Positions 1 through 7,142 are shown, counted from the stretch's first letter. The stretch: 32,000 nt of DNA from Candidatus Saccharimonadota bacterium (GCA_016699955.1 CP064993.1:840001-872000); one strand, 5' to 3'. A program made the numbers and translations. Notes: generated by a model not told the origin, from the sequence alone.

Positions 1-153
1 ACCAAAAACGTTAATCGAGCTGTTGCCAATGAACGACTCGAGGGCTTGAAGGTATCTGAAGATTCCCGAAAAATTGCTGGCGAATATATTTCTGGTAAGG
101 CTTCTGCAAAGCAAGCCGCCTCTAAAATACGAGCACGATACGGGGTGCTGTAA
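1..153 (+). CDS. VbhA-family antitoxin, C-terminal part (5' end lies outside the window)
   Basis: Frame 1 is open from the window edge to TAA at 151-153 (TKNVNRAVANERLEGLKVSEDSRKIAGEYISGKASAKQAASKIRARYGVL*). NERLEG aligns with the inhibitory (S/T)xxxE(G/N) helix of VbhA-type antitoxins. The stop overlaps the fic ATG (TAATG). It is absent from the ORF track because its start is upstream of the window. Confidence 0.6.
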   Translation, partial: TKNVNRAVANERLEGLKVSEDSRKIAGEYISGKASAKQAASKIRARYGVL

Positions 154-752
154 TGTCCGATTTTGTCGATCCCTACCTGGATGACAAGACCGGCATCTTA
201 CGCAATCTACTTAATGCCGGGACGAATGATGAGTTAAAAGATCTAGAGGCTCAAATAGTTTTTGCCAACGAACTAGAACTCGAAGAAATCGGAATAAAAC
301 GAACTAGTGACCTATCTGAATTACTGGCAATTCACAAACAGCTGTTCGGTAACGTGTACGATTGGGCTGGTGATATACGTACTGTCGATATTAAGAAAAA
401 TAGCGATAATGCCGAGTATTTCTTACCTGTTAGCAAGATATTAGGTGCGTGCGAGTATGTTTTTGCTGAGCTTACCAAGGAAAACTATTTGAAAAATTTA
501 GATAAAGAAAAATTCGTAGAACGTTTGGCCTATTTTTATGACCAGCTAAACTATGTTCACCCGTTTCGTGAAGGCAACGGTCGTACGCAACGAGTCTTTT
601 GGACAAGAATTGCTCACGGTGCTGGATATGAGATAGGTTGGGACGAAGTAGTTGGCAATGAAAACGACGAAGCATCACGCATCGCCGCAGAAAAGATGGA
701 TTTATCTCCACTTACTGCGATGTTTGCAAAGATTATTAGCTCACTACAATAA
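153..752 (+). CDS. Fic-domain protein (class I Fic toxin, probable AMP-transferase)
   Basis: 199-aa ORF with the canonical Fic motif HPFREGNGRTQR (HxFx[D/E]GNGRxxR). It has a 1-nt overlap with the upstream antitoxin ORF. Confidence 0.9.
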   Translation: MSDFVDPYLDDKTGILRNLLNAGTNDELKDLEAQIVFANELELEEIGIKRTSDLSELLAIHKQLFGNVYDWAGDIRTVDIKKNSDNAEYFLPVSKILGACEYVFAELTKENYLKNLDKEKFVERLAYFYDQLNYVHPFREGNGRTQRVFWTRIAHGAGYEIGWDEVVGNENDEASRIAAEKMDLSPLTAMFAKIISSLQ

Positions 753-756
753 ACTC

Positions 757-804
757 TTGTGCCAGCAGTAAAACTTTTCGGTCAGGGAACTCGGTCTGGT
801 TTCT
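757..804. repeat. Intergenic repeat family R1, copy 1 (TTGTGCCAGCAGT ... GGAACTCGGTCTGGTTTCT)
   Basis: Hand alignment with 4719-4760 (TTGTACCAGCAGT ... CAACCCCAGTCTGGGTAT) and with the shorter copy at 963-984 (GGAACCCGGTCTGGGTATTTCT). Confidence 0.6.
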
Positions 805-869
805 GTCTGTCCAGCTTCCATAGGGGCGACTGGTCAAGGTTCGAACCAGAATAACAGAGGTAAATACGA

Positions 870-893
870 AGAACCACCATTTCTGGTGGTTCT
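870..893 (+). terminator. Perfect 10-bp hairpin downstream of fic (possible terminator)
   Basis: AGAACCACCA-TTTC-TGGTGGTTCT. The trailing T tract is weak (AACGTTTAT). It is nested inside the longer-range pairing 836-845/918-927. Confidence 0.35.
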
Positions 894-962
894 AACGTTT
901 ATCGGGTTCGAACTGCTTTCGAACCTTCCGCAAGGCTAATCAGAGAAGTAAAACCTTGTCAT

Positions 963-984
963 GGAACCCGGTCTGGGTATTTCT
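963..984. repeat. Intergenic repeat family R1, short copy
   Basis: GGAACCCGGTCTGGGTATTTCT matches 786-804 and 4743-4760 around the core GTCTGG(G)TAT. Confidence 0.5.
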
Positions 985-1105
985 CTGCTTGGTCTGGCTC
1001 CAGCTAGCGGATGAGTTGTGAACTGTTAGTATCTATTTTGATAAACACAAGCTACTAGTAATTGGGGACGTTTTAACGAGCGAAAGTTATTACACATGCT
1101 AACTG

Positions 1106-1753
1106 CTATTTTTGCACATCACGCTCATGATCGAGCTGTGTCTGTGTTGGCCTCTGCATTAAAGGAGCCATCTTATCATGAGGTATATATATACTATTAA
1201 GTGTTTTCCGTAAATCCACATAGCTAATAATATTGATGGGTATTCCGAGTAAATTTCCAATCTCAGTTGCTTCGGCATCAAGCGGAACGCTCGCCTTATA
1301 GAAAGGAAGTCCGAATCTATTGATATTCCACTCCACCATATACCTATCTGCTATTTCAATCTGTTCGTCAAAAACTACATTCAGGTATAGGGTACACCAC
1401 CTATCACCAAAAAAAATATGCTCGTTTCCATCGAAACCCTTCAAGTAGTCCAGACTGCGTACGTCTGTACGGTCAAGCCGCCTAATCCATCGCTTGTCGC
1501 CAATCATTCGCTTGTATTCAATAGTGATGGTGCCGTCCGATGCCATTGTGACTGTACGAGTCTCGACATACTTCACCATGAATATACCGAAGACGGTTAA
1601 TAATAAGCCAACTACAATAAAAGGCAGTTCTTGGGTATAGAGGCCAATCGCTGCAAGCACAACACCAACGCTACCGGCACTTAGACCATAAACAAATTGT
1701 AGGGTGTTTTTTTCGATAATTTGGAGTGTGCTGCCATTTTTTTGGAAAATCAT
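1106..1753 (-). CDS. Hypothetical membrane protein (two N-terminal TM helices)
   Basis: 215-aa ORF with hydrophobic segments LSAGSVGVVLAAIGLY and FIVVGLLLTVFGIFMV and no recognisable family motif. TAAGAT lies 6 nt upstream of the ATG. Confidence 0.55.
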   Translation of the reverse strand: MIFQKNGSTLQIIEKNTLQFVYGLSAGSVGVVLAAIGLYTQELPFIVVGLLLTVFGIFMVKYVETRTVTMASDGTITIEYKRMIGDKRWIRRLDRTDVRSLDYLKGFDGNEHIFFGDRWCTLYLNVVFDEQIEIADRYMVEWNINRFGLPFYKASVPLDAEATEIGNLLGIPINIISYVDLRKTLNSIYIPHDKMAPLMQRPTQTQLDHERDVQK

Positions 1754-1845
1754 ACGGTTATCTTAGCACGGCTATACTAAGATATACCATCCGTGCATCA
1801 CTCCGCGCTGCGGTAGCCGCTTTTAGCGTAACCTTCAAAACAAAG

Positions 1846-1880
1846 AAAAAAGCCTAGGCAGTGAATGCCTTGGCTTTTTT
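1846..1880 (-). terminator. Rho-independent terminator after the S51 peptidase gene (bidirectional shape)
   Basis: AAAAAAGCCTAGG-loop-CCTTGGCTTTTTT. The stem has one mismatch and is flanked by an A-run and a T-run. Confidence 0.6.
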
Positions 1881-1939
1881 CTTTGGCTCCGCTTACAGGT
1901 CACGAATTTTTAACAGGGTAAAACGCTACAAATGAGTTA

Positions 1940-2590
1940 CTACATGTGGTTTTTGGCGAACCATTCATGTTCTATAGCACTTCTTGGAGAGTCAACAACC
2001 TTCCAATTGCCGTCCTCTACAAGTAGGGCTTGATCATCAGTTAATAGCACCATCTCGTTGTCTTGGCTGTATTTTTCTTTTATCTCGTCTATGGTTTTGG
2101 TTCTTGCTTTCATATCGTAGTGTGGAATAGGCACAACATTAACCCACCTCAGACCTTCTGTGGACTTCAGGCCAGTAACTTTTTCGGGTTCGTCAATTGA
2201 TGATATTGCTCCAATGTCCGGTCCGGCGATTAATGCACCTGCGCTGGCTCCAGCATACAGGCCACCATTGTTAACGAAGTTATCGAGCATTTTATCAAAC
2301 CCAGTTTCACGGAGTTGCTTGAGTAAGTGAAAGGTATTACCACCAGCGACATAAACAATGTCGGTGTTGCCTAATGCCTCCTGTGTATTTTCTTTAGAGG
2401 ACTGTTCTATATCCAGCTCGGTAATCTGAAAGCCCATTTTTGTTAGCACATCTAGATCTTTATTAATCCACCATACGTCATCATCAAGATTGCCAGCTGT
2501 GGGGATAAAAAGTAACTTAGTTTCTTCCGGGTGTTTACCAACAAATGTCTTTATATACTCAAGACCGCTGGATGCAAGGAATAATCTCAT
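1940..2590 (-). CDS. Peptidase S51 family (dipeptidase E-like, type-1 glutamine-amidotransferase-like fold)
   Basis: The pattern LLFIPTAG...VYVAGGNTFHLL...YAGASAGALIAGP...PHYD is typical of PepE-like S51 peptidases. I prefer the ATG at 2590 (MRLFLASSG), which has TATACT 7 nt upstream. The ORF-track start at 2656 is a GTG that adds 22 hydrophobic residues. Confidence 0.75.
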   Translation of the reverse strand: MRLFLASSGLEYIKTFVGKHPEETKLLFIPTAGNLDDDVWWINKDLDVLTKMGFQITELDIEQSSKENTQEALGNTDIVYVAGGNTFHLLKQLRETGFDKMLDNFVNNGGLYAGASAGALIAGPDIGAISSIDEPEKVTGLKSTEGLRWVNVVPIPHYDMKARTKTIDEIKEKYSQDNEMVLLTDDQALLVEDGNWKVVDSPRSAIEHEWFAKNHM

Positions 2591-2665
2591 ATTAATCAGT
2601 ATAACGTAGATGATAAAAAATCCAGTAGCGAGAATGCTTACTGGACTTCTTGTCACGTATATACT

Positions 2666-2713
2666 CTTGGCTCACAACGATAGAGGAAGTTATAACCGTA
2701 ATTAAGCGTGATT
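2666..2713. repeat. Intergenic repeat family R2, copy 1
   Basis: CTTGGCTCACAACGATAGAGGAAGTTATAACCGTAATTAAGCGTGATT matches 4808-4855 at 37 of 48 positions (hand count), same orientation. Confidence 0.65.
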
Positions 2714-2926
2714 CAATAAGATCATTGGATGATACTGAAGGGCTTAAAACTAGTATGAGTGTCTATTAAACTGTTGAGGCTAGAATTCAACGATTCAGCA
2801 TATATCTCAAATTCGAAATTACCCTTCGAACTATTAGGTAAATTATCAAATTGTCCGACTTGATAAACTAGCCGTAAAAGGCCAGGCCTTTTGACTCCTT
2901 CTATACTGCAAAGGTCGTGAATGAGT

Positions 2927-3969
2927 TCCCCTAGATTCTAGTCCGAATCGCAACGCCCCCACTTCGCTTTAAACACTTGTTCCGGCGTTTTGTAGCCTAT
3001 TCGTTTCCTTGGTCTAGTATTGAGCTGCTTGACCGCTAGGTCAAGCTCTTCTTGTGTTAGGTGAGCGAAGCTCATCTTTTTCGGGAAGTAGAACCGGAGT
3101 AACCCATTGGTATTTTCGTTCGTACCACGCTCCCAGGAGTGGTAGGGATGGGCAAAGTAGATCTGGATCTTGCTGGTACGCTCCATCTCTTCGTAATTGC
3201 TCATCTCAACACCATTGTCCAGTGTCAAGGTTTTGCGGTATTTGCCGGGTACGGTCGCGAAGCAGTGAGCCGCAGCCACTTCGAAGCTCTTGGCGCTCTT
3301 GTCAGGTAGCAGGGCTGCCATGAGATAACAGCTCTTACGTTCCACGAACGTGGCAATCGCTCCACTTTGTCTGGTGCCGACGACACTGTCACCTTCCCAA
3401 TGACCGTAGGTCTTCCGAGCTAAGATATGAGCTGGGCGAGCATCAATGCTGCGGGCAGCTTTCTGCTTGTCACGAAAGGCTTTTCTGAGACTAGCCTCTC
3501 TTGTGCGGCGGTATTTGCCCTTGCGGCAGTGCAGGTGTTTGAGCAAATGCCGGGCATGTAGGTACACCCAGTCGTAGATAGTCTGTGTGCTGACTCGTAA
3601 GAGCCGCTTAGTTTCCAGTAACCAACCGGCTATCTGCTGGGGTGAGTCGTTACGTTTGAGTTTACGAGTTACCAGTTTGGCGAGTGTGGGGTCGGCCAGT
3701 AGCTTGTTTCGCAGGGTGTTGGCAGCACAGCGTCGAGCTGCACTGTGTAGTCGTGCAGTCTGAGCATGGTAGCCGCCCATCTCAGTGGTGTTACGTTGCA
3801 ACTCGCGGCAAACAGTACTGGGGCTAACGCCCAGTACGAGAGCGATGTTGCGCTGGCTATGCCCGAGCCGCCACATTAGGCTTAGCTCAATTCGTTGTTC
3901 TTGTGTAAGATGGAAATGCATCTCTGTTCTCCTTGTAGTTAGTTTGTTTGGTAACTACTAGTCTACAAG
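2927..3969 (-). mobile_element. IS30-family insertion sequence, copy 1 (ends approximate)
   Basis: It contains the intact transposase gene. Only weak terminal similarity was found: CTAGATTCTAGT at 2931-2942 versus the reverse complement of 3955-3969 (CTTGTAGACTAGTAG). Boundaries are therefore uncertain. Confidence 0.5.
2938..3921 (-). CDS. IS30 family transposase
   Basis: 327 aa with an N-terminal HTH (NIALVLGVSPSTVCRELQRN) and the DDE core (...DNGVEMSNY...HPYHSWERGTNENTNGLLRFYFPK...). AAGGAG lies 7 nt upstream of the ATG. Confidence 0.92.
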   Translation of the reverse strand: MHFHLTQEQRIELSLMWRLGHSQRNIALVLGVSPSTVCRELQRNTTEMGGYHAQTARLHSAARRCAANTLRNKLLADPTLAKLVTRKLKRNDSPQQIAGWLLETKRLLRVSTQTIYDWVYLHARHLLKHLHCRKGKYRRTREASLRKAFRDKQKAARSIDARPAHILARKTYGHWEGDSVVGTRQSGAIATFVERKSCYLMAALLPDKSAKSFEVAAAHCFATVPGKYRKTLTLDNGVEMSNYEEMERTSKIQIYFAHPYHSWERGTNENTNGLLRFYFPKKMSFAHLTQEELDLAVKQLNTRPRKRIGYKTPEQVFKAKWGRCDSD

Positions 3970-4072
3970 ACACGGGACAGAGGTGCTTTTTGGTTTACCC
4001 GTTGGGGTGGCTGGCGCCACCCTTTGCATTGTGGTTATGTTGCTTTTCGAGATGGAATCTAGGTCCGACAAC

Positions 4073-4100
4073 TTGACTTAATAGCGAAAGTATATATAAT
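4073..4100 (+). promoter_or_regulatory. Sigma70-type promoter for the 4108 ORF
   Basis: TTGACT (4073-4078), 16 nt, TATAAT (4095-4100). The ATG follows 7 nt later and there is no SD. Confidence 0.5.
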
Positions 4101-4107
4101 AATATAT

Positions 4108-4605
4108 ATGAAATCAGTACAAATGCGTGCGTTAGATGCTTTAAAAGCGAGGCATCGTGAACAGTTCCCAAATAATGCTTGGCGATTCGAAAACGCCTTA
4201 AACCAAAGTGCATTACGAAACCCGGAAGATCGCAGCGGCCTATTTTATGCGACAGTTGCTCTTCCTATGGATTCAGACCCGTATGCAGCTTGTGATATTA
4301 GGGTTAACTTTCCGCGCGAGCGCCTGAAGAATGGTCAAGGGTATGCAACAACTGCCTATCGTCGCGTTGAAACCCGTGAAGTTGACGGAAATGTCTTTGA
4401 CAGTCGGAAGCACACCCTAACTTTAATGTACGGGTTGGGAAATCTTGTTGTTCCATCACTTGTATGTCTTCAATCCACTTTACAAGTAGCCACAGAAATA
4501 CCAGGAGATGCTGAAGAAACTCTGCCTACTCTTCGCTACATTCCACACGAAGATGAAATTACAAGAGTGTTGAGTGGTTTTGGTATGTTACCCCAGGGTG
4601 AGTAG
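4108..4605 (+). CDS. Hypothetical protein (165 aa), no recognisable family
   Basis: Intact ORF directly behind a strong promoter-like signal, located between the two IS30 copies. Confidence 0.5.
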   Translation: MKSVQMRALDALKARHREQFPNNAWRFENALNQSALRNPEDRSGLFYATVALPMDSDPYAACDIRVNFPRERLKNGQGYATTAYRRVETREVDGNVFDSRKHTLTLMYGLGNLVVPSLVCLQSTLQVATEIPGDAEETLPTLRYIPHEDEITRVLSGFGMLPQGE

Positions 4606-4718
4606 GCTGCTAGTAATAATCGTAAATATCCCATATTTTTGTCGTTGTCATCACCCTCTGTATTAAGGATGTGTTCATATATTCTTTCTATTCGTTGATA
4701 ATCTCATCGATTCCTTAA

Positions 4719-4760
4719 TTGTACCAGCAGTTCAACAGTGTTCAACCCCAGTCTGGGTAT
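4719..4760. repeat. Intergenic repeat family R1, copy 2
   Basis: TTGTACCAGCAGT...CAACCCCAGTCTGGGTAT. See 757-804. Confidence 0.6.
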
Positions 4761-4762
4761 AC

Positions 4763-4794
4763 AAAAAGTCAGAACCGAATTAACAGTTCTGACT
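4763..4794 (-). terminator. Rho-independent terminator of the aph gene
   Basis: On the minus strand AGTCAGAAC-10 nt loop-GTTCTGACT is followed by TTTTT. Confidence 0.7.
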
Positions 4795-4807
4795 TCATCT
4801 AGTACGG

Positions 4808-4855
4808 CTTGGCTCACCACGATTGAGGAAGCCATAACTGCCATCAAGTAGGATT
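4808..4855. repeat. Intergenic repeat family R2, copy 2
   Basis: CTTGGCTCACCACGATTGAGGAAGCCATAACTGCCATCAAGTAGGATT. See 2666-2713. Confidence 0.65.
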
Positions 4856-4884
4856 TAGCAACATTCTAGACCTCTCGATTGAAT

Positions 4885-5823
4885 TTACTTCGCAATCTCC
4901 ATAGTTCTGTCGACGACAGGTTTGAGCCAATCCCAATTACGTTTGAAGCCATAATAGGATTGAGCATCCAGCCCAACTCGAATCATATAGCACTGTAATC
5001 TTTTTTCGAATTGAGGCACCTCTAAACCAATTTCTTTAAAGTGAGATTCAGCTTCGGCAATCCAGTCAATTTCCTTGATCGGCTCGTAAAGTGGCCCCCA
5101 AAATGCGATACTCGCTAATTCATATAGAAAGTCACCATAGCTAGCGTTTGCCCAGTCGAATACCGCATTGATTTTATCGTCGTTGGTCAACACATTAAAG
5201 TGCATGAGGTCATTATGCATTAACGAGCGCACCTCAGGTAAATCGCGCGACAATTCTACTAGCTTTGCGTAGGCGCGATTAAATGGTTCATCGCCCAAAG
5301 GAGATGATTTTAATCCCTCGCGCCATCCATGCACCTTTCTATTTGGAGCATCATCTGCAACACTGTGCAAAAACTCATTCCATGATTGGTTCACGCCATT
5401 ACCATTCACATCTAATATCCCAAAACCATTAGTGCCAGAAATGTCTGCCACTCTTATGGCGTCTAGTGTTTCAAAAAGAGAAGGGATGATCCGCTTCATT
5501 GAGGCTTTGTCTAAGTCGTCAATCATGACTCCAAAGGCACGCTCCGATACTGCATAATATCCACCAAATGCAGCACCAAGCTCGACTATTTTCGGTATCG
5601 GCAAACGTATCGTACTAAATCGATTAGCAAACGAATCTATTAGAAAGTCGTCTTCGCTTTCGCTAAGGCGGAGCACATAATCCTTACCACCTTGCTTAAA
5701 TGCAAAGGCCTGAGACCATTCGCCCCCACTAAGTCCAATAACACCTGTAACTGGACTTTCGCTGTAATGAGGCTGAAATTCTCTGATTTGTTCTACTTTA
5801 AGATTCATCTTTTCAAATGACAT
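4885..5823 (-). CDS. Aminoglycoside phosphotransferase family protein, hygromycin-B kinase (APH(4))-like
   Basis: It has the kinase catalytic loop HNDLMHFNVL (HxDxxxxN) followed by AVFDW. From memory, several blocks line up with E. coli Hph: LSGGEWSQAFAF..YVLR / LSEGEESRAFSF..YVLR; LPIPKIVELG / LPIPEVLDIG; NVLTNDDKINAVFDW / NVLTDNGRITAVIDW; YMIRVGLD / YMLRIGLD. I prefer the ATG at 5823, with GGAG 6 nt upstream. The ORF-track start at 5835 is a TTG. Confidence 0.8.
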   Translation of the reverse strand: MSFEKMNLKVEQIREFQPHYSESPVTGVIGLSGGEWSQAFAFKQGGKDYVLRLSESEDDFLIDSFANRFSTIRLPIPKIVELGAAFGGYYAVSERAFGVMIDDLDKASMKRIIPSLFETLDAIRVADISGTNGFGILDVNGNGVNQSWNEFLHSVADDAPNRKVHGWREGLKSSPLGDEPFNRAYAKLVELSRDLPEVRSLMHNDLMHFNVLTNDDKINAVFDWANASYGDFLYELASIAFWGPLYEPIKEIDWIAEAESHFKEIGLEVPQFEKRLQCYMIRVGLDAQSYYGFKRNWDWLKPVVDRTMEIAK

Positions 5824-5837
5824 TATATTCTCCAATT

Positions 5838-5890
5838 AAAAAACCGAGCAACGCTTACCAATAAGGTTCACGCATGTGCTCGGTTTTTTT
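5838..5890. terminator. Terminator-like hairpin between aph and IS30 copy 2
   Basis: AAAAAACCGAGCA-26 nt-TGCTCGGTTTTTTT. It is flanked by an A-run and a T-run, so it could act in either direction. Confidence 0.4.
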
Positions 5891-5969
5891 AGAAAGTATT
5901 AATTAATAGCAAAGCTACACAGAAGTGCGTGAAGTCATTAACTATTAATTATTCCTCCAGGTCCCTTTG

Positions 5970-7003
5970 AAGTAGGACACTAGCCAGAAAGGCTAGTGCA
6001 TATGAAACGGTATAGAAAAATCCCTAAAATAAGTCGATCCAAATCTACAATAGTAGCTATGGGTCAAAAGTATGGTCATTTAAGCTACGAAGATCGAGTA
6101 AAGATAGAGCATTGGCACAGGGGCGGCAAAAGTATTCGCTACATAGCGAGCGAGTTGGGGCGTAGCCCCAATACTAATAGTTATGAATTGAAGAATCTAG
6201 CGGTCTCTGGTGAGTATGTTGCTCGTAAAGCCAGTGTCAAGGCATACCAAAAACGCTACTGGGCGCGTACATCGAGTAATAAGGTAGCAAAAGATAAGAC
6301 ACTGCGCCAATACGTTGACGACAGTCTCGACAAAGGCTGGTCACCTGGTGAGATCGCTGGCAGCAGTGACTGTCCTGTTTCAAAACGGACTATCTACCGC
6401 TATGTCACACTCTATTCCCTGCAGCACAAGCTGTACTTTAAGGGTAAGCCGAAACGGAGAAAGGCCATGTACCGACGTGGGCTCATTGGCGAACGTAAAT
6501 GGATTGAGGAACGGATACTGTGCGACGAAGTTGGTCACTACGAGCTTGACTTCATTGTCAGCCCAACGAGAAGCGGCAGTAAAGCTGTCCTACTGGTGGC
6601 CGTCGACACCCTAAGCAAACGAACCCTTATCGAGCTGCTCCCAAACCGAACCAAAAAGAGCTCTCACGAGCTCTGAAGCGGATGTTTGACGGCATTGTCG
6701 TCAAGACCATACTGACCGACAATGACATCGCCTTCACCTACTGGAAATATTTCGAGCAGCTGCTCGGAGCACCGTTCTTTTTCACCCATCCCTACCATAG
6801 CTGGGAGAAGGGCTTAGTCGAGAATACGAACAAATGGATACGTCACTTCATACCGAAAAAAACAGACCTGAGCACGGTTACCAAAGAAACCATCGCTACA
6901 GTACTAGCGTACCTAAACGAACGCCCAAGACAAGTCTTGGGCTACAGAACTGCGAATGAAGTATACTTAGAGAGATTAACAATACAGGTTTAGTGTCCTA
7001 CTT
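5970..7003 (+). mobile_element. IS30-family insertion sequence, copy 2 (13-bp perfect terminal inverted repeats)
   Basis: AAGTAGGACACTA at 5970-5982 is the exact reverse complement of TAGTGTCCTACTT at 6991-7003. The transposase stop codon TAG is the first triplet of the right repeat. Confidence 0.8.
5996..6993 (+). pseudogene. IS30 family transposase interrupted by one frameshift (ORFs 5996-6676 and 6682-6993)
   Basis: The N-terminal ORF carries the HTH region and the C-terminal ORF carries the DDE core (TDNDIAF...HPYHSWEKGLVENTNKWIRHFIPK). The frames rejoin by a 1-nt change in the A5 run at 6653-6657 (..NRTKK|ELSRALKRMFDG..). Confidence 0.8.
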
Positions 7004-7067
7004 GGGGGTATCCTGTACGATTGTTGCCATAAAAATAGTATAACACTATTAAAAATTTAGTCAATCT

Positions 7068-7142
7068 TGGCTCCGGGGACTGGGCTCGAACCAGCGACCT
7101 AGTCGTTAACAGCGACCCGCTCTACCACTGAGCTACCCCGGA
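7068..7142 (-). tRNA. tRNA-Asn (anticodon GTT), CCA encoded
   Basis: The reverse complement folds by hand into a cloverleaf: TCCGGGG/CCCCGGA acceptor, GCTC-AGTGGTA-GAGC D arm, GGTCG-CTGTTAA-CGACT anticodon arm, GCTGG-TTCGAGC-CCAGT T arm, then G-CCA. Confidence 0.9.

Noticed and set aside
472-711. Short track ORFs overlapping real genes or promoters: 472-711, 1418-1600, 3054-3323, 3995-4213, 6315-6614, 7143-7361, 7303-7608, 7488-7676, 7927-8340, 8352-8693, 8765-9513 (several), 9702-9962, 10745-10936, 11332-11652, 11719-12323, 12285-12650, 14697-14882.
   Set aside because: All are nested in, or antisense to, better-supported genes, or they cover tRNA, terminator or promoter sequence. None has a recognisable motif or translation signal.
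822-846. GGGGCGACTGGTCAAGGTTCGAAC resembles the 5' tRNA-like end of tmRNA (GGGGCUGAUUCUGGAUUCGAC), and smpB is only 6.5 kb away.
   Set aside because: There is no matching 3' acceptor strand (..TCGCCCCACCA), no T-arm and no tag reading frame ending in a typical ..A(L)AA stop within the following 400 nt on either strand. At most this is a decayed fragment.
1106-5835. Integron-like cassette array: several same-strand genes, each followed by a hairpin.
   Set aside because: There are no attC-type R''/R' core sites (RYYYAAC / GTTRRRY) around the hairpins and no intI gene. The hairpins have U-runs like ordinary terminators, and each gene appears to have its own promoter.
2927-7003. Composite transposon formed by the two IS30 copies around the aph gene.
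   Set aside because: The two transposases share only family-level similarity (different lengths, different ends) and are in opposite orientation. They are different IS species, not two copies of one element, so I report the arrangement only as IS-flanked.
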